Below are positions 1-13,125 of a stretch of 64,000 nt of DNA, one piece after another; the stretch's first letter is position 1; each line of letters starts with the position of its first letter. The translations under genes and the position numbers were made by a program. The DNA is from Squalus acanthias (Eukaryota). The DNA lies in contig CM059431.1 of NCBI GenBank assembly GCA_030390025.1, forward strand, positions 142,292,001 through 142,356,000, read 5' to 3'. The notes beneath the pieces are model-generated. The model was not told the origin of the DNA and did no database searches. It saw only the letters and a program-made list of their open reading frames with translations.

Positions 1-305
1 TTGGACAGGGTAGATACAGAAAATATGTGTGCTGTTGTATAGAAATCCAGAGCAAGGGGGCAGAATCCAGAATTTAGAGCCAGGCCGTTTAATAGTAAAA
101 TCATGAAGAACCTTTTCACCCACAGGGTGGTGGAAATCTAGATATCTGTCTCTCAAAAATTGCAAATGTTGAGACAAGTGAAATTTTCAATATTGAGATT
201 GTTTGTTTTTGGTAAATGTGTCAAGGGAATTAAGGTACAGATCAGCCATCATATAATTGAATGACAGAACAGGTTAGAGGGGCTGCTTTACCTACTCCTG
301 TATTT
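1..305 (+). mobile_element. CR1-type LINE 3' fragment
   Basis: Resembles the 3' ends of other CR1 copies in the window (ttcacccacagggtggtggaaatct ... gatcagccat ... cctactcctg). Confidence 0.7.
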
Positions 306-1584
306 AATCCTATATTACTTTTAGTCACTTATTCTATGATTGCACTGTTCCACAGCTGTATAATTCTATGAATCGTTGGTGCTGCAGCTGGATAGTGCAC
401 TGATTCTACCGTACTACAGTTCTCTGATTGTATGGAGTAGATTTTCAGCGTGCTGCCTGGACATCAAACTAGCATTGCAGATTGCCCGCCAATTATGCAA
501 ACGACCTTCTTTTCATTCAGGTTGATTTCTGCTTCTCTGAACTGTGTGCCTCTGATTTTCTATTTCTCTGGTTACATTATTCTCTGATTTAGAGGTTCCA
601 AGATCCTAAGATTCTATGATTCTCTGTTTCTATGATTATCTGTTTATTTGACTCTCTGGTTCTGTAACTCCACCATTCTACAGTCCCGTCATTTTATATT
701 TCTCCGGTGCTATCTTTCTATGATACTATGATTAGTTGTAACGTAAGTACTTCGCCATGAAGGCATCATCCTGCTGAATCTATGCTGCATGCTGTCTGCG
801 GCTGAATGACGTTCTACATTGGGGTGCCCAAAACAGCACACATTTTATGTCTGAACCATATACAAATTTACTTTCTAATTCCTGTACTCTATGCCCTCTT
901 GTTTTTTTAATCCGCTGCTATTGGCCTCATGCGCACATTTTGAGATTAAGCTCCCTATGCTCAATTCCAAATCTTTGATATACACCAAGAACTAAAATGG
1001 ACGCTGTACTGACCCCGGACTATACCACTTCCATACGGTCAGCAATACAAGCATCCCCATTAGGCCCCGATTTTAAAAGGGCAGCCACGAATGGTGCGTG
1101 CCAGATCCAAGGCAATTGGCACGCCTGATGAGGTTATTGGGGCACAACTATTGAATGTTAAGTAGGCCCCGCCTGCCTTTAGCGAGAATCCCGTCGATGC
1201 GTGATTCACCTTCATGACAATGAAGGCAGCCGGGACGCATTGGGCTGGAGCTTGGAGCTAAATTGTAAAATTAAAACCTTTCCCCTGCACTATTTTCGCT
1301 GGTTACAGTCCCTGCTCTTTTTCTCTCTGTCAACAGATTTACAGCTATCCTGCTGTAGTTTCTCATAGCATTTTCCTAAGTTTTGTAACAAGCTTCCTTT
1401 GAGTCGTTTTATCAAATGCCTTGGGGAAATTCATTCAGATGAATTCGCAGCATTAACAAGTAACTCCAATCCCACACCAATTCGTTGGCTCTTAATGCCT
1501 TTAAGACAACTAGAGTGGGGAATCAATGCGTCCTTGCCAGCGTCACCAATGTCGCGAGAGTGAACAAACAAATGACGTACTCAC

Positions 1585-1696
1585 CAGTTGATGAACGAGC
1601 TCTTGCCGGCCGAATGGTTCCCCATCAACATCACCGTGATCTTCTTCCTTGGAGCTAAGAGCCCGAGTTCCAGCCGTCTGGCAATGCCCTCCAGGG
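1585..1696 (-). CDS. Coding exon 2 of the P-loop GTPase gene, containing the G1/Walker A motif
   Basis: Acceptor ctctgctattgacag|CC, peptide (A)LEGIARRLELGLLAPRKKITVMLMGNHSAGKSSFIN(W), donor TG|GTGAGT. GNHSAGKSSFIN fits the dynamin/EHD-type GxxxxGKS motif. No further exon was recognised, so the gene presumably continues left of the window. Confidence 0.8.
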
Positions 1697-1776
1697 CTGT
1701 CAATAGCAGAGGGTCACTCAGTATCTCAGTCCAAAAAGCAAAGTTGTGGGTTGTTAGCGCGTTAAAGTGACACAGA

Positions 1777-2210
1777 GGGGGGATATTAACTTTGGGCGAT
1801 GATGTAAAGTGGGACATATCGAATGGGTCGCCCATTTTATACCACGCCCGATTTTCCTTTCCATTGAATACAATGGAAGGCCAATTCGATATTGCCCATT
1901 TCATATTATCGGCAGAAACTAAAGTGCCACCAGAAAATGATACTGGGATGGGGAATGTAGCTAAATTAAAGAGAGAAAGTGAATGCCTTTTTAATATACA
2001 TGAGACGCTGATTGTCAGAAAATTCAAAGAGGGCTCACTTTAACTTTGGGTGATGACATAACACGAGCGATGGAGAACTGACGCTCATAATACACGCCGC
2101 CCGATTCTCCCTTCCACTGACTCCTCAGAAAGGAGAATCCAGCATGGTGTATAATGCTCATCTAATGCGATATCACACATTGTACAGCGTCGCATGAAAT
2201 TACAATTTTT
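1777..2210. mobile_element. Two adjacent short palindromic MITE-like elements
   Basis: taactttggg(c/t)gatga...gcccgatt(t/c)tcc(t/c)ttcca occurs at ~1788 and ~2041, each followed by a degenerate reverse-complement arm. Confidence 0.45.
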
Positions 2211-2329
2211 ATCTAAAGCATTGAAAGTCGGTCAGTGAAACCATAGTTGGACTGGTCTATCTTAATCTGGTTTACATCTCTATCCCTTCTTGCACAAAGG
2301 CTACCCTTCAAGCCCCCACATCTTAAAAT

Positions 2330-5300
2330 GTAATTTCCATTCTCCCACTCTGTACATCTCATTCTTACTCCCATTCTCTCACACTATCGTTGCCATTCAT
2401 ATTCTCTCTCTCGGTGAGTCTCACTCGCAATCGCATTCTCTCACTTTCTAAATCTCACTCCCGGTCTCTGACTCTGTAAATCTCATTCCCATTCCCTCAA
2501 TCTGTAATACTCACTCCCATTCTCTGAATCTGTATTTCTCACTCCCATTCACTCACTCTGCAAATACCACTCCCATTCCCTCACACTGTAAATCTCACTC
2601 CCATTCCCTCAATCTGTAATTCTCACACACATGCCCTGAATCTGTAATACTCACTCACATTCGATCATCTTTAAATCTCATACACATTCCCTCACTGTTT
2701 TATCACTCCCAATTGCTCACTATGTAATTCTCACTCCCAATCCCTCAATCTCTAAATCTCACTCTCATTCTCGCACTCTGTAAATCTCACTCCCATTCCC
2801 TCATTCTGTAAATCTTACTCCCATTCCCTCACTCTGTAAAGCTCACTCCCATTCCCTCACTCAATAAATATAACACACATTCCCTCACTCTGTAAATCTC
2901 ACTCCCTTTCCCTCACTCTGTAAATCTCACACCCATTCCCTCACTCTATAAGTCTCAGTCCTGCTCCCTCATTCTGTAAATCTTACTCCCATTCGCTCAC
3001 TCTGTAAACCTCACAACCATTCCCTCACTCTGTAAATCTCACTCCCTTTTCCTCACTCTGTAAATCTCACCCTCGATTCCCTCACTCTGTAAACCTCACT
3101 CCCATTCCCTCACTCTGTAAACCTCACACCCATTCCCTCACTCTGTACATCTCACTCCCATTCCCACACTCTGTAAACCGCACACCCATTCCCTCACTCT
3201 GTACATCTCACTCCCATTCACTCACTGTGTAACTCTCACGCCCATTCCCTCACTCTGTAAATCTCACTCCCATTCCCTCACCCTGTAAAGCTCACTCCCA
3301 TTCCCTCACTCAATAAATCTCACACCCATTCCCTCACTCAATAAATCTCACACCCATTCCCTCACTCTGTAAATCTCACTCCTATTCCCTCACTCTGTAA
3401 ATCTCACTCACTTTTCCTCACTCTGTAAATATCACTCCCATTCCCTCACTGTAAATTTCACTCCATATCTGCACTCTGTACATCTCACTTCCATTCCCTC
3501 ACTCTGTAAAGCTCACACCCATTACCTCACTCTGTAAATCTCACTCCCGCTCCCTCATTCTGTAAATCTTACTCCCATTCGCTCACTCTGTCAATCTCAC
3601 TCCATTTTCCTCACTCTGTAATACTCACTCCCATTCTCTCAATCTGTATTTCTCACTCCCATTCACTCACTCTGCAAATATCATTCGCATTCCCTCATGC
3701 TGTAAATCTCACTCCCATTCCCTCAATCTGTAATTCTCACACACATGCCCTGAATTTGTAATTCTCACTCACATTCGATCAATATTTAAATCTCATACCC
3801 ATTCCCTCACTGTTTTATCACTCCAAATTGCTCACTATGTAATTCTCACTCCCAATCCATGACTCTCCAAATCTCACTCCCATTCTCGCACTCTGTAAAT
3901 CTCACTCCAATCCCCCATTCTGCAAATCTTGCTCCCATTCCCTCACCCTGTAAAGCTCACTCCCATTCCCTCACTAAATAAATCTCACTCCCATTCCCTC
4001 ACTCAATAAATCTCACACCCATTCCCTCACTCTGGAAATCTCACTCTATTCCCTCACTCTGTAAATCTCACTCCCTTTCCCTCACTCTGTAAATCTCACT
4101 CCCATTCCCTCATTCTGTAAATCTTACTCCCATTCCCTCACCCTGTAAAGCTCACTCCCATTCCCTCATTCTGTAAATCTTACTCCCATTCCCTCACCCT
4201 TTAAAGCTCACTCCCATTCCCTCTCTCAATAAATCTCACACCCATTCCCTCACTCTGTAAACCTCACTCCCATTCCCTCACTCTGTACATCTCGCTCCCA
4301 TTCACTCACTCTGTAAATCTCACTCCCATTCCCTCACTCAATAAATCTCACACCCATTCACTCACTCTGTTAATCTCACACCCATTCACTCACTTTGTAA
4401 ATCTCACTCCATTCCCTCATTCTGTAAATCTTACTCCCATTCCCTCACGCTGTAAATCTCACTCCCATTCCCTAACTCAATAAATCTCACACCCATTCCC
4501 TAACTCTGTAAATCTCACTCCTATTCCCTCACTCTGTAAATCTCACTCCCTTTCCTTCACTCTGTAATTCTCACTCCCATTCGCTCACTCAATAAATCTC
4601 ACACCCATTCCCTCACCCTGTAAATCTCATGCCCATTCCCTCAATCTGTAAATCTCACTCCTATTCCCTCACTCTTTAAATCTCACTCCCTTTCCCTCAC
4701 TCTGTAAATCTCACTACCGTTCCCTCACTCTATAAATCTCACTACTATTCCCTCACTCTGTAAACCTCACTCCCAATCTCTCACTCTATAAATCAAACTC
4801 CCATTCCCTCACTTTGTAAATCTCACTCCCATTCCCTCACTCAATTAATCTCACTCCCTCTCCCTCATTCTGTAAATCCCACTCCTATTCGCTCACTCTG
4901 TAAACCTCACACCCATTCCCTCACTCTGTAAATCTCACTCCCATTCCCTCACTCTGTAAATCTCACCCTCCATTCCCTCACTCGGAAAACCTCACTCCCA
5001 TTCCCTCACTCTGTAAACCTCACACCCATTCCCTCACTCTGTACATCTCACTCCCATTACCTCACTCTGTAAACCTCACACCCATTCCCTCACTCTGTAC
5101 ATCTCACTCCCATTCACTCACTCTGTAATTCTCACGCCCATTCGCTCACTCTGTAAGTTTCACACCCATTCCCTCATTCTGTAAATCTCACTCCCATTCC
5201 CTCAATCTGTAAATCTCACTCCCATTCCCTCACTCTGTCAAGCTCACTCCCATTCCCTCACTCAATAAATCTCACACCCATTCCCTCACTCTGTAAATCT

Positions 5301-7150
5301 CACTCCTGCTCCCTCATTCTGTAAATCTTACTCCCATTCGCTCACTCTGTCAATCTCACTCCATTTTCCTCACTCTGTAAATCTCACTCCCATTCCCTCA
5401 ATCTGTAATACTCACTCCCATTCTCTCAATCTGTATTTCTCACTCCCATTCACTCACTCTGCAAATATCACTCACATTCCCTCAATCTGTAATTCTCACA
5501 CACATGCCCTCAATTTGTAATTCTCACTCACATTCGATCAATCTTTATATCTCATACCCATTCCCTCACTGTTTTATCACTCCAAATTGCTCACTATGTA
5601 GTTCTCACTCCCAATCCCTGACTCTCTAAATCTCACTCCCATTCTCGCACTCTGTAAATCTCACTCCCATTCCCTCATTCTGCAAATCTTGCTCCCATTC
5701 CCTCATCCTGTAAAGCTCACTCCCATTCCCTCACTAAATAAATCTCACTCCCATTCCCTCACTCAATAAATCTCACACCCATTCCCTCACTCTGGAAATC
5801 TCACTCCTATTCCCTCACTCTGTAAATCTCACTCCCTTTCCCTCACTCTGTAAATCTCACTCCCATTCCCTCATTCTTTAAATCTTACTCCCATTCCCTC
5901 ACCCTGTAAAGCTCACTCCCATTCCCTCACTCGATAAATCTCACACCCATTCCCTCACTCTGTATATCTCGCTCCCATTCACTCACTCTGTAAATCTCAC
6001 TCCCATTCCCTCACTCAATAAATCTCACACCCATTCACTCACTCTGTAAATCTCACTCCATTCCCTCATTCATAAATCTTACTCCCATTCCCTCACCCTA
6101 TAAAGCTCACTCCCATTCCCTCACGCTGTAAATCTCACTCCCATTCCCTAACTCAATAAAACTCACACCCATTCCCTCACTCTGTAAATCTCACTCCTAT
6201 TCCCTCACTCTGTAAATCTTACTCCCTTTCCGTCACTCTGTAAATCTCACACCCATTCGCTCACTCAATATATCTCACACCCATTCCCTCACCCTGTAAA
6301 TCTCACGCCCATTCCTTCACTCTGTAAATCTCACTCCTATTCCCTCACTCTTTAAATCTCACTCCATTTCCCTCACTCTGTAAATCTCACCCCCATTCCC
6401 TCACTCTATAAATCTCACTACTATTCCCTCACTCTGTAAACCTCACTCCCATTCTCTCACTCTATAATTCAAACTCCCATTCCCTGACTTTGTAAATCTC
6501 ACTCCCATTCCCTCACTCTATTAATGTCACTCCCGCTCCCTCATTCTGTAAATCCCACTCCCATTCGCTCACTCTGTAAACCTCACGCCCATTCCCTCAC
6601 TCTGTAAATCTCACTCCCATTCCCTCACTCTGTAAATCTCACCCTCCATTCCTTCACTCTGTAAACCTCACTCCCTTTCCCTCACTCTGTAAACCTCACA
6701 CCCATTCCCTCACTCTGTACATCTCACTCCCATTACCTCACTCTGTAAACCTCATACCCATTCCCTCACTCTGTACATCTCACTCCCATTCACTCACTCT
6801 GTAAATCTCACACAACATTCCCTCACTCTGCAAATCTCACACAACATTCCCTCTAACTGTAAATCACACCCCCATTCCCTCAATCTGTAATTCTCTTCCC
6901 ATTCACTCACTCTGTAAATCTCACTCCCATTCACTCACACTGCAAATCTCACACCCATTCCCTCACTCTGGAAATCTCACTCCCACTCCCTCAATCTGTA
7001 ATTCTCACTCCCATTCCCTCACTCTGTAATTCTCACTGCCATTCCCTCATTATGTAAATCTCACTCCCATTACCTCACTCTAAATCTCACTCCCATTCCC
7101 GCACTCTTTAAATCTCACTCCCATCCCCTCACTCTGTAAATCTCACTCCG
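2330..7150. repeat. Intronic 28-bp minisatellite array (CTCACTCCCATTCCCTCACTCTGTAAAT)n, ~4.7 kb, with higher-order structure
   Basis: Tandem unit is directly visible. Variant blocks such as cacacatgccct recur at ~2627, ~3741 and ~5499. Confidence 0.97.
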
Positions 7151-7571
7151 ATCCTTCCTCTTTCTGCCCTGCTGAGCTCAGACCAGACGGAGCCAGTGAG
7201 CAACAAGAATCCTTAAAGCTGTAATAAATCACAGAGCTCGCGCTTTCCAATTTATATTTAAATTTTGCAGATACATATGACTGAAGCATTAAAGATATAT
7301 TTAAATATTTTTGAATGAAAATTGTCTCACACAAACACAGCTCTGAGCGAGAGTTCGGACAAGGTCCTGCTGAAAGCAACATCATAAAGTTGAATTGGTG
7401 CGAACTCAGGCAGAATTAAACCCGAGAGCCGAGTGACTCAGAAACACCGAAATAAACCTCACAGTTGCTGCCTTTCACACACGCGGGGGAGGGACTGGGC
7501 CGTGTGTTGTAAATATATGTTGAAAATATATCTCAATGCTGTCCCTAAAACGCTTGTACCCAGTGTCTTAC

Positions 7572-7686
7572 CGTGCTTTGAGTCCGTGTACAGCAAGTGA
7601 CATTCCCTGAGTATCTTCTCATTAATGGTGAGGCTAACACTCTCCAAGGGGTTAGAAGCGGATCGCAGCCTCAGCCTTCCTGACAT
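7572..7686 (-). CDS. Coding exon 1 of an uncharacterised P-loop GTPase gene (dynamin-N/EHD/sarcalumenin-like)
   Basis: ATG at 7686 opens MSGRLRLRSASNPLESVSLTINEKILRECHLLYTDSKH, then a phase-1 donor G|GTAAGA. The phase matches the downstream exon at 1585-1696 (G+CC = Ala). Confidence 0.75.
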
Positions 7687-8399
7687 TGACCGCGCTGGGA
7701 GCTCCGCAGAATCCCTCAGCCTGGCCTGGGGCAAGCAGGCTCACAGCTGACCAGACCATAATACTGGCCCGTTATGTAAAGCAGCAGGAGTTGGAAATCC
7801 ATGTGTGAGTGACAGACCGTGTGTGGGAGCCTGCTCACACCATCTGTTTAATCCCTCTGGGCCCCTGTCCAACAGGACCTTTAAATCGCCGCCCACCCCA
7901 ATACAGCAGCTGGCTCGGGTCAACACCCTTGGTGTTCTGTTTAAGTGAAGTAGTTAAAACGGAGCCTGTTGTTAAGGTTTCAATATTCTGTTTAATGTTA
8001 GTTTTAACCAAACATTTATTCACCCCTCACTGCCATGTCTAATTCACTAACTTATTATATTTGAAGGCTTGGTTAAACTCTCGGTGTCTAATCAAAAAGC
8101 AAAACTACAATCCTCGAATAAAACTTCCATATACAGTCTCAAAGTAACTATAACAATCATATTATGAATCTATTAATGTAGCTCAGTCCTCTGTCAAAAA
8201 AACAAATAGTTAAGATCAAAGTATAATAAAAATATGGCTAATCCTTAGAGGTGCTGCCTTATTCATTAACTAGTTATAATCAATCATCTTGTTAACCGCT
8301 TAGCGCCACTAACTACCGATCCTCTAGTTAATGTTCAACCTCTTCCTTGTGCGCTCACAACTCTGATGAAGCCCTGGTTCACTCAGATAAGTGCGGATG

Positions 8400-9140
8400 T
8401 GGCAGGACGTTCGGTCCATCGAGCAGATCAATCCACTGGGACCGACAATCCCATCACCGCCTCTAGCTGCTCCTTGAACGGTTCAGCAGTCTTCCGCCCA
8501 TCCCGACCCAGAATATCAATTCAGTGATCAGTCAGCACAAGTATGAAGCATTGACACATGGTCCAAGCTCTGGTCCTTTACCGCTCTGTACCCTTAAACC
8601 TGATTAGATATTCATTGTGTACCACCCCTCGTAGCATGTCTAACTCCACAGGTCCACAGTCTTAGAGGCAACCTGTGAGTTATATAAAATAATGAAAGCC
8701 AAGGATATAGTGTCGAATGATAGGTTATTTGAGTTTGAGAGGATGAAGAGAACCAGGGGACAAGCATTTAAATTACACTCGCGTAGGAATCGTCTGGATG
8801 CTCGTCTTTCCCAGAGAGTAGTGAGCGTTTGGATTGCGTTGCCAGTTTGTGCGGTGTGTGCTGTCTCTCTGCATCCCTTCAGCAGGGAGCTGGACTGGTC
8901 TTGGATGGGCCAGAGATCGCCTCATGTTAAATGTAAATGGTTTAACTATTAACGTGCGCATGGACATTGTGATCTACTGGACTGGTTTCGATCGCCTGAG
9001 CATGTCGGAGAGGATTTTCCCTGTTATTGGCAATGTTTCTTTCCTGGTATTTTACTGCTCCCAGGAGATCACATGGAGGTAGAAAACACTGATGCTGCAA
9101 GCCTGTGGGAGCTTGATTGCTGGGCCAGCTGGTCTTTTCC
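8400..9140. mobile_element. CR1-type LINE 3' fragments (minus-strand piece ~8400-8640, plus-strand piece ~8660-9140)
   Basis: ORF 8692-8952 (RTRGQAFKL...RLSQRVVSVWIALP) is a typical CR1 ORF2 C-terminus. Confidence 0.6.
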
Positions 9141-9539
9141 AATCATTCTATGTTCCTGCACCGCCATTAAGTTTTAACAATGTGACTTTTCACTGCACTT
9201 TCCTCGTGGCCGAGCTCTCTGACACTGGATCGCGGTCTAGCGGCCTCCCTCTATCCCGCTTCCAGGAGTGGATGCCACCTTTGTCCAGGAGTGACCAGAA
9301 ATAAGGTCAATACCCAGGGTCAGTCCTGACTGGAGCACATCACAACTGCAGCATTAGAGACTGAAACGTCATGTTTATTGGGCGTTGTATCTCTGTCCTC
9401 TGTGTGTTTGGTTGCTTGTTGCACAGCTCTCAGCGTGCCCGCTATCCTCAGCCACATCACCATTCCTTAGATGCTCACTGCTTAATCTGTCCTGCACAAT
9501 CCGAGAGCAGTTTTGTGTTATATGCTTATCAAAGGAAGT

Positions 9540-9890
9540 CTTGAATTGATAGAGCGCCTTTCAACAGCTCAGGATATCACGAAGCAATTTACAGCCAATT
9601 CTGTACTTGTGAGGAGCGGTCACTGTTGTAGTTTAATACATGAGGTAGCCAATTTGGGCACAGCACACTCCCACACTGTAATAATCACCAGATAATCTGT
9701 TTTAATGTTGTTGTTTGAGGTTAAATATTGACGAGATCGCCGGGGAGAATTCCACTGCTCTTCTTCTCAATAGTGCCATGGGGTCTTTAACGTCAACCGA
9801 AGAGCTCAGAGAAGGCATCGATTTAAAGTCCCGTCGGGAAGTCTTTGGCAACATAGATTGTTGATTCAAATCACCTTCCCATGGCAACCT
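9540..9890 (-). mobile_element. SINE of the Deu-domain (SacSINE1/AmnSINE-like) type
   Basis: agcgcctttca...tttacagccaat...gccaatttgggcacagca matches the related copy at 45050-45485 and the Deu-SINE pattern as I recall it. Confidence 0.6.
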
Positions 9891-9964
9891 TGATCCGCAG
9901 TAACTGGCAACATCATTGAATGAATTTTTAAAATGAGATTAGATAGGTGGTTGAACCCGCGATC

Positions 9965-10212
9965 TCTTCCAAATAGGGAAGCAGGCGCATGGGAAAACCA
10001 CCACCTCCAAGTTCCCGTCCAAGTCACACACCATCCTGACTTAGAAGTATATCGCCGATCCTTCATCGTCGCTGGGTTAAAAGCCTGGAACTCCCTACCT
10101 AACCACACTGTTGGAACAAATTCACCACACGGACTGCAGCGGTTCAAGAAGGCGGCTCACCACCACATTCTCAAGGGCTTCGGGATGGGCAATAAATGCA
10201 GACCTTGCCTGT
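9965..10212 (+). mobile_element. 3' end of a CR1/L2-group LINE
   Basis: RRSFIVAGLKAWNSLP...RFKKAAHHHILKG, near-identical in type to 33590-33895. Confidence 0.75.
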
Positions 10213-11180
10213 AATGTTAGAGTCGGGACATCACCAGTAATGTTAGAGTAGTGTAGCCACCAGTAATGTTAGAGAAGGTCACCACCAGTAATGTTAGAGT
10301 AGGGTCATCACCAGTAATGTTAGAGTAGGGTCAACGCCAGTAATGTTAGTGTAGTGTCACCACAGTAATGTTAGAGTAGAGTCACCACCAATAATGTTAT
10401 AGTAGGGTCACCACTACTAATGTGAGAGTAGAGTCACTACCAGTAATGTTAGAGCAGATACACCACCAGAAATGTTACAGAAGTTCACCACCAGTAATGT
10501 TACAGTGGAGTCACCAAGAATAATGTTAGAGTTGTGTCACCACCATTAATGTTAGAATAGGGTCACCACTAGTAATGTTAGAGTAGAGTCACCACCAGTA
10601 ATGTTAGAGTAGCGTCACCACCAGTAATGTTAGAGTAGGGTCACCACCAGTAATGTTAGTGTAGAGTCACCAGCAGTAATGTTAGAGTAGGGTCACCACC
10701 ATTAATGTTAAAGTAGGGTCACCAACATTAATGTTAGAGTCAGGTCACCGCCATTAATGTTAGTGTAGTGTCACCACCAGCAATGATAGAGTAGGGCCAA
10801 AGACCATTAATGTTAGAGTATGTTCACCACAATTATGTTGGAGTAGGGTCATCCGCAGTCCTTACAAGTAGGATCAACATTAGTAATTGTAGAGTAACTT
10901 TACCAGCAATAATGTTAGAATGTGTCCTCACTAGTTTGTTTTTGTATTGGGTTACCAGCGGTAATGTTCTTGTATAATCACCAACAGTAATGATAGAATA
11001 GGATCAAAACCAGTAACGGTAGAATAGGATCACCAGCATTAAAGTCAGCGTAGCCTCATCGCCAGTAATATTAGAGTAGGGTGACCGCCAGCAATCTTAG
11101 AGAGGAGTCATCACTGGTATTGTTAGTAATGAATCATTGCCAGTAATATTAAAGCAGAGTCATCACTAGGTATCATTACA
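10212..11180. repeat. 26-bp minisatellite (CCAGTAATGTTAGAGTAGGGTCACCA)n, degenerating rightwards
   Basis: Tandem unit is directly visible. Confidence 0.95.
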
Positions 11181-11543
11181 GTAAAAAAACAAATTTAGCT
11201 TATGCAATGGTTGAGTAAAATTTTCAGCGAATAGATTTGAATCCTCAAGAGCCTAACGCAGAGTCGAGGAGGTATGTTCCATTCAGCGTTCAGGGATCAT
11301 GCGCAGGTCACATTCTTTCTGGGATTACTTTCCATACAATTTTCCCACTGGGGGCAGGGGCGCACTGAAGCGGAAAATCGCCCCTTGTTTGTTAAGTGAC
11401 TGTAACTAACGCCACTTATTGTGTAACATGTTTTTTTCTGACCGGGGCACCGATTTCTCTATAAATGAGGAGTATTTACCGAATCAGATACACTCCAGTC
11501 CGAACCGTAAAGCTGGACAGATTTCGAACAGTTTATTTTTTAA

Positions 11544-11613
11544 ATGGAACGGCCAACAATTCTACAGATAAAGCAAATTTACTACCCAGTTCTCGCAAGC
11601 TTTGGGGCTCCCG
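11544..11613 (+). CDS. Exon 1 of GPR139-like GPCR paralogue A
   Basis: ATG opens MERPTILQIKQIYYPVLASFGAP, then a phase-1 donor G|GTAAGT. IYYPxL is the TM1 start of the GPR139/142 family. The exon is the same length (70 bp) as exon 1 of paralogue B. Confidence 0.85.
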
Positions 11614-12578
11614 GTAAGTCACTGTATTCTGTTGTCTAATAGCTGTTGACTATCTCAGTGTTAATGTAACATATTCCGAACATGTCCTCATTGCAGAGTC
11701 ATTGATCCACCGGGATAAGTCGGTGAAAATCAGCGGGAATTGTACCAGTCCACGAGGCGGCTGAGGACTGTTCTGGTCGCTCGTTCGTGGCAACCGGGCG
11801 CTCAACTTTCCTCCGTAAACTGAGGGAGGGCGAGGCTGATTCCCCTGCCCCTCAAATCGTACATAGATCACTGAAGAATGTGTTGCTTAGTGTCTATGGT
11901 AATCATTTCATCTGTACCGTTGTTTCCTGTCTACTTTAAGTGGATAACTCCTTGTACTGCAGCCACTTCTACCCATCAGAGGACTGTGAAAGATATTTGG
12001 AGCAATAATTGCTGCTCAGGAATCTGCTCCCCTCCCCTCGGCTGCAAAGAACCTTCGCGGCTCCACCAGCTCCCACTCTGTTACCGAGCAGCTCCCTCGG
12101 GGCGATTAGAAATAGAAAAAGCGCAGAGTTTCGACCTACATCGAATGTTTGTCTTCCAGCTGAATGTATTATTTGAATTCATATATTTCCAATAATTGTA
12201 TTTAAATTATATTGAATACAGCTGACTTCTGATGCCGCTCCCGAGATCCCCCTCGTCAATTAAACCGATGAGATTAAATGCAAAATTCCATCGATTGCTC
12301 CCTGCGGCCGCTGTAGTAACTCATCAGATTGGCTCGTTGCATCACATGGTCCCAGACTCATGGCGGGATGGTTTCAGCGCTCCACACTGCAATGGAATGT
12401 GTGTTTGGGTGTATGTACGGGAATCTTCTTCTTTATTGACTGTGAAAATTAATAAATTACAGAACCATCCAAGGTTGCCCTTTACGGGACATTAATATGT
12501 AACTGTAGCATCCCTGCGAGGTACAGCGGCTTGCTCTGGACCGCATCTTTAAAGTGTGAATGGAGCCGGAATGGATAT

Positions 12579-12673
12579 CTGACGAAAGGTTTCAACATGG
12601 AACGTAAACTTTTTTTCCCTCTCCACAGCTAATGCTTGTCCTGCTGAGTATTTCCAGAATTTTCTGTTTTTAT
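12579..12673 (+). mobile_element. Degenerate Penelope-terminus-derived short element with a decayed hammerhead core
   Basis: ctgacgaaagg...ggaacgtaaact...cctgctgagtatttccagaattttctgtttttat resembles 62640-62810. Confidence 0.55.
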
Positions 12674-13125
12674 GCATGAATATAATGTCAATGGCGATAT
12701 CGATGGAGATTGATTCGGGAGAGATGGATCATGGACGCCAGATCCGGAGTCGCTCGTTTTACACTTTCGACCAAAAGTCAAAAATCGCCTCCGTTGAGAC
12801 ATCAGTGCCTGGTTGTCGGTGGTGTTGGGTGTCGCTATCCGTTACCTTTGCCGATACTTAATACGAGCGACCCTACCAGCACCCACCCCTACCACCAACT
12901 TGACACCGTCTGACTGAAGTGTACTGGAAGTACAGCGCCTTCTCAGTCCCTCGATATTGAGTGTTTAATGATTACTTTCGTTTGAAAAGGTCTATTGTCA
13001 ATGTTCGTCTATATAATAACGTGTGCATAACCATCTGTAGGAACACATCGTTCCACCTCCTCACAATACGATGTACGATTTATCCGAGTGTCCCCATTAC
13101 TTACTCTTGTCCCTCTTTCTTACAG

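Noticed and set aside
330..740. Degenerate (TTCTATGA)-like low-complexity tract as a functional element
   Set aside because: It matches the simple-repeat tails of CR1 elements seen elsewhere in the window, so it is most likely an expanded, decayed tail.
1581..2027. 148-aa ORF as a complete gene
   Set aside because: Only 1585-1696 is bounded by splice sites and protein-like. The rest is intronic MITE-like sequence.
8143..8160. gtaactataac resembling the LSU rRNA / I-CeuI site
   Set aside because: The match stops after about 11 nt and there is no surrounding rRNA similarity.
12805..12910. Imperfect inverted repeat as a pre-miRNA
   Set aside because: The arms pair only patchily around a long loop, which is not enough to call.
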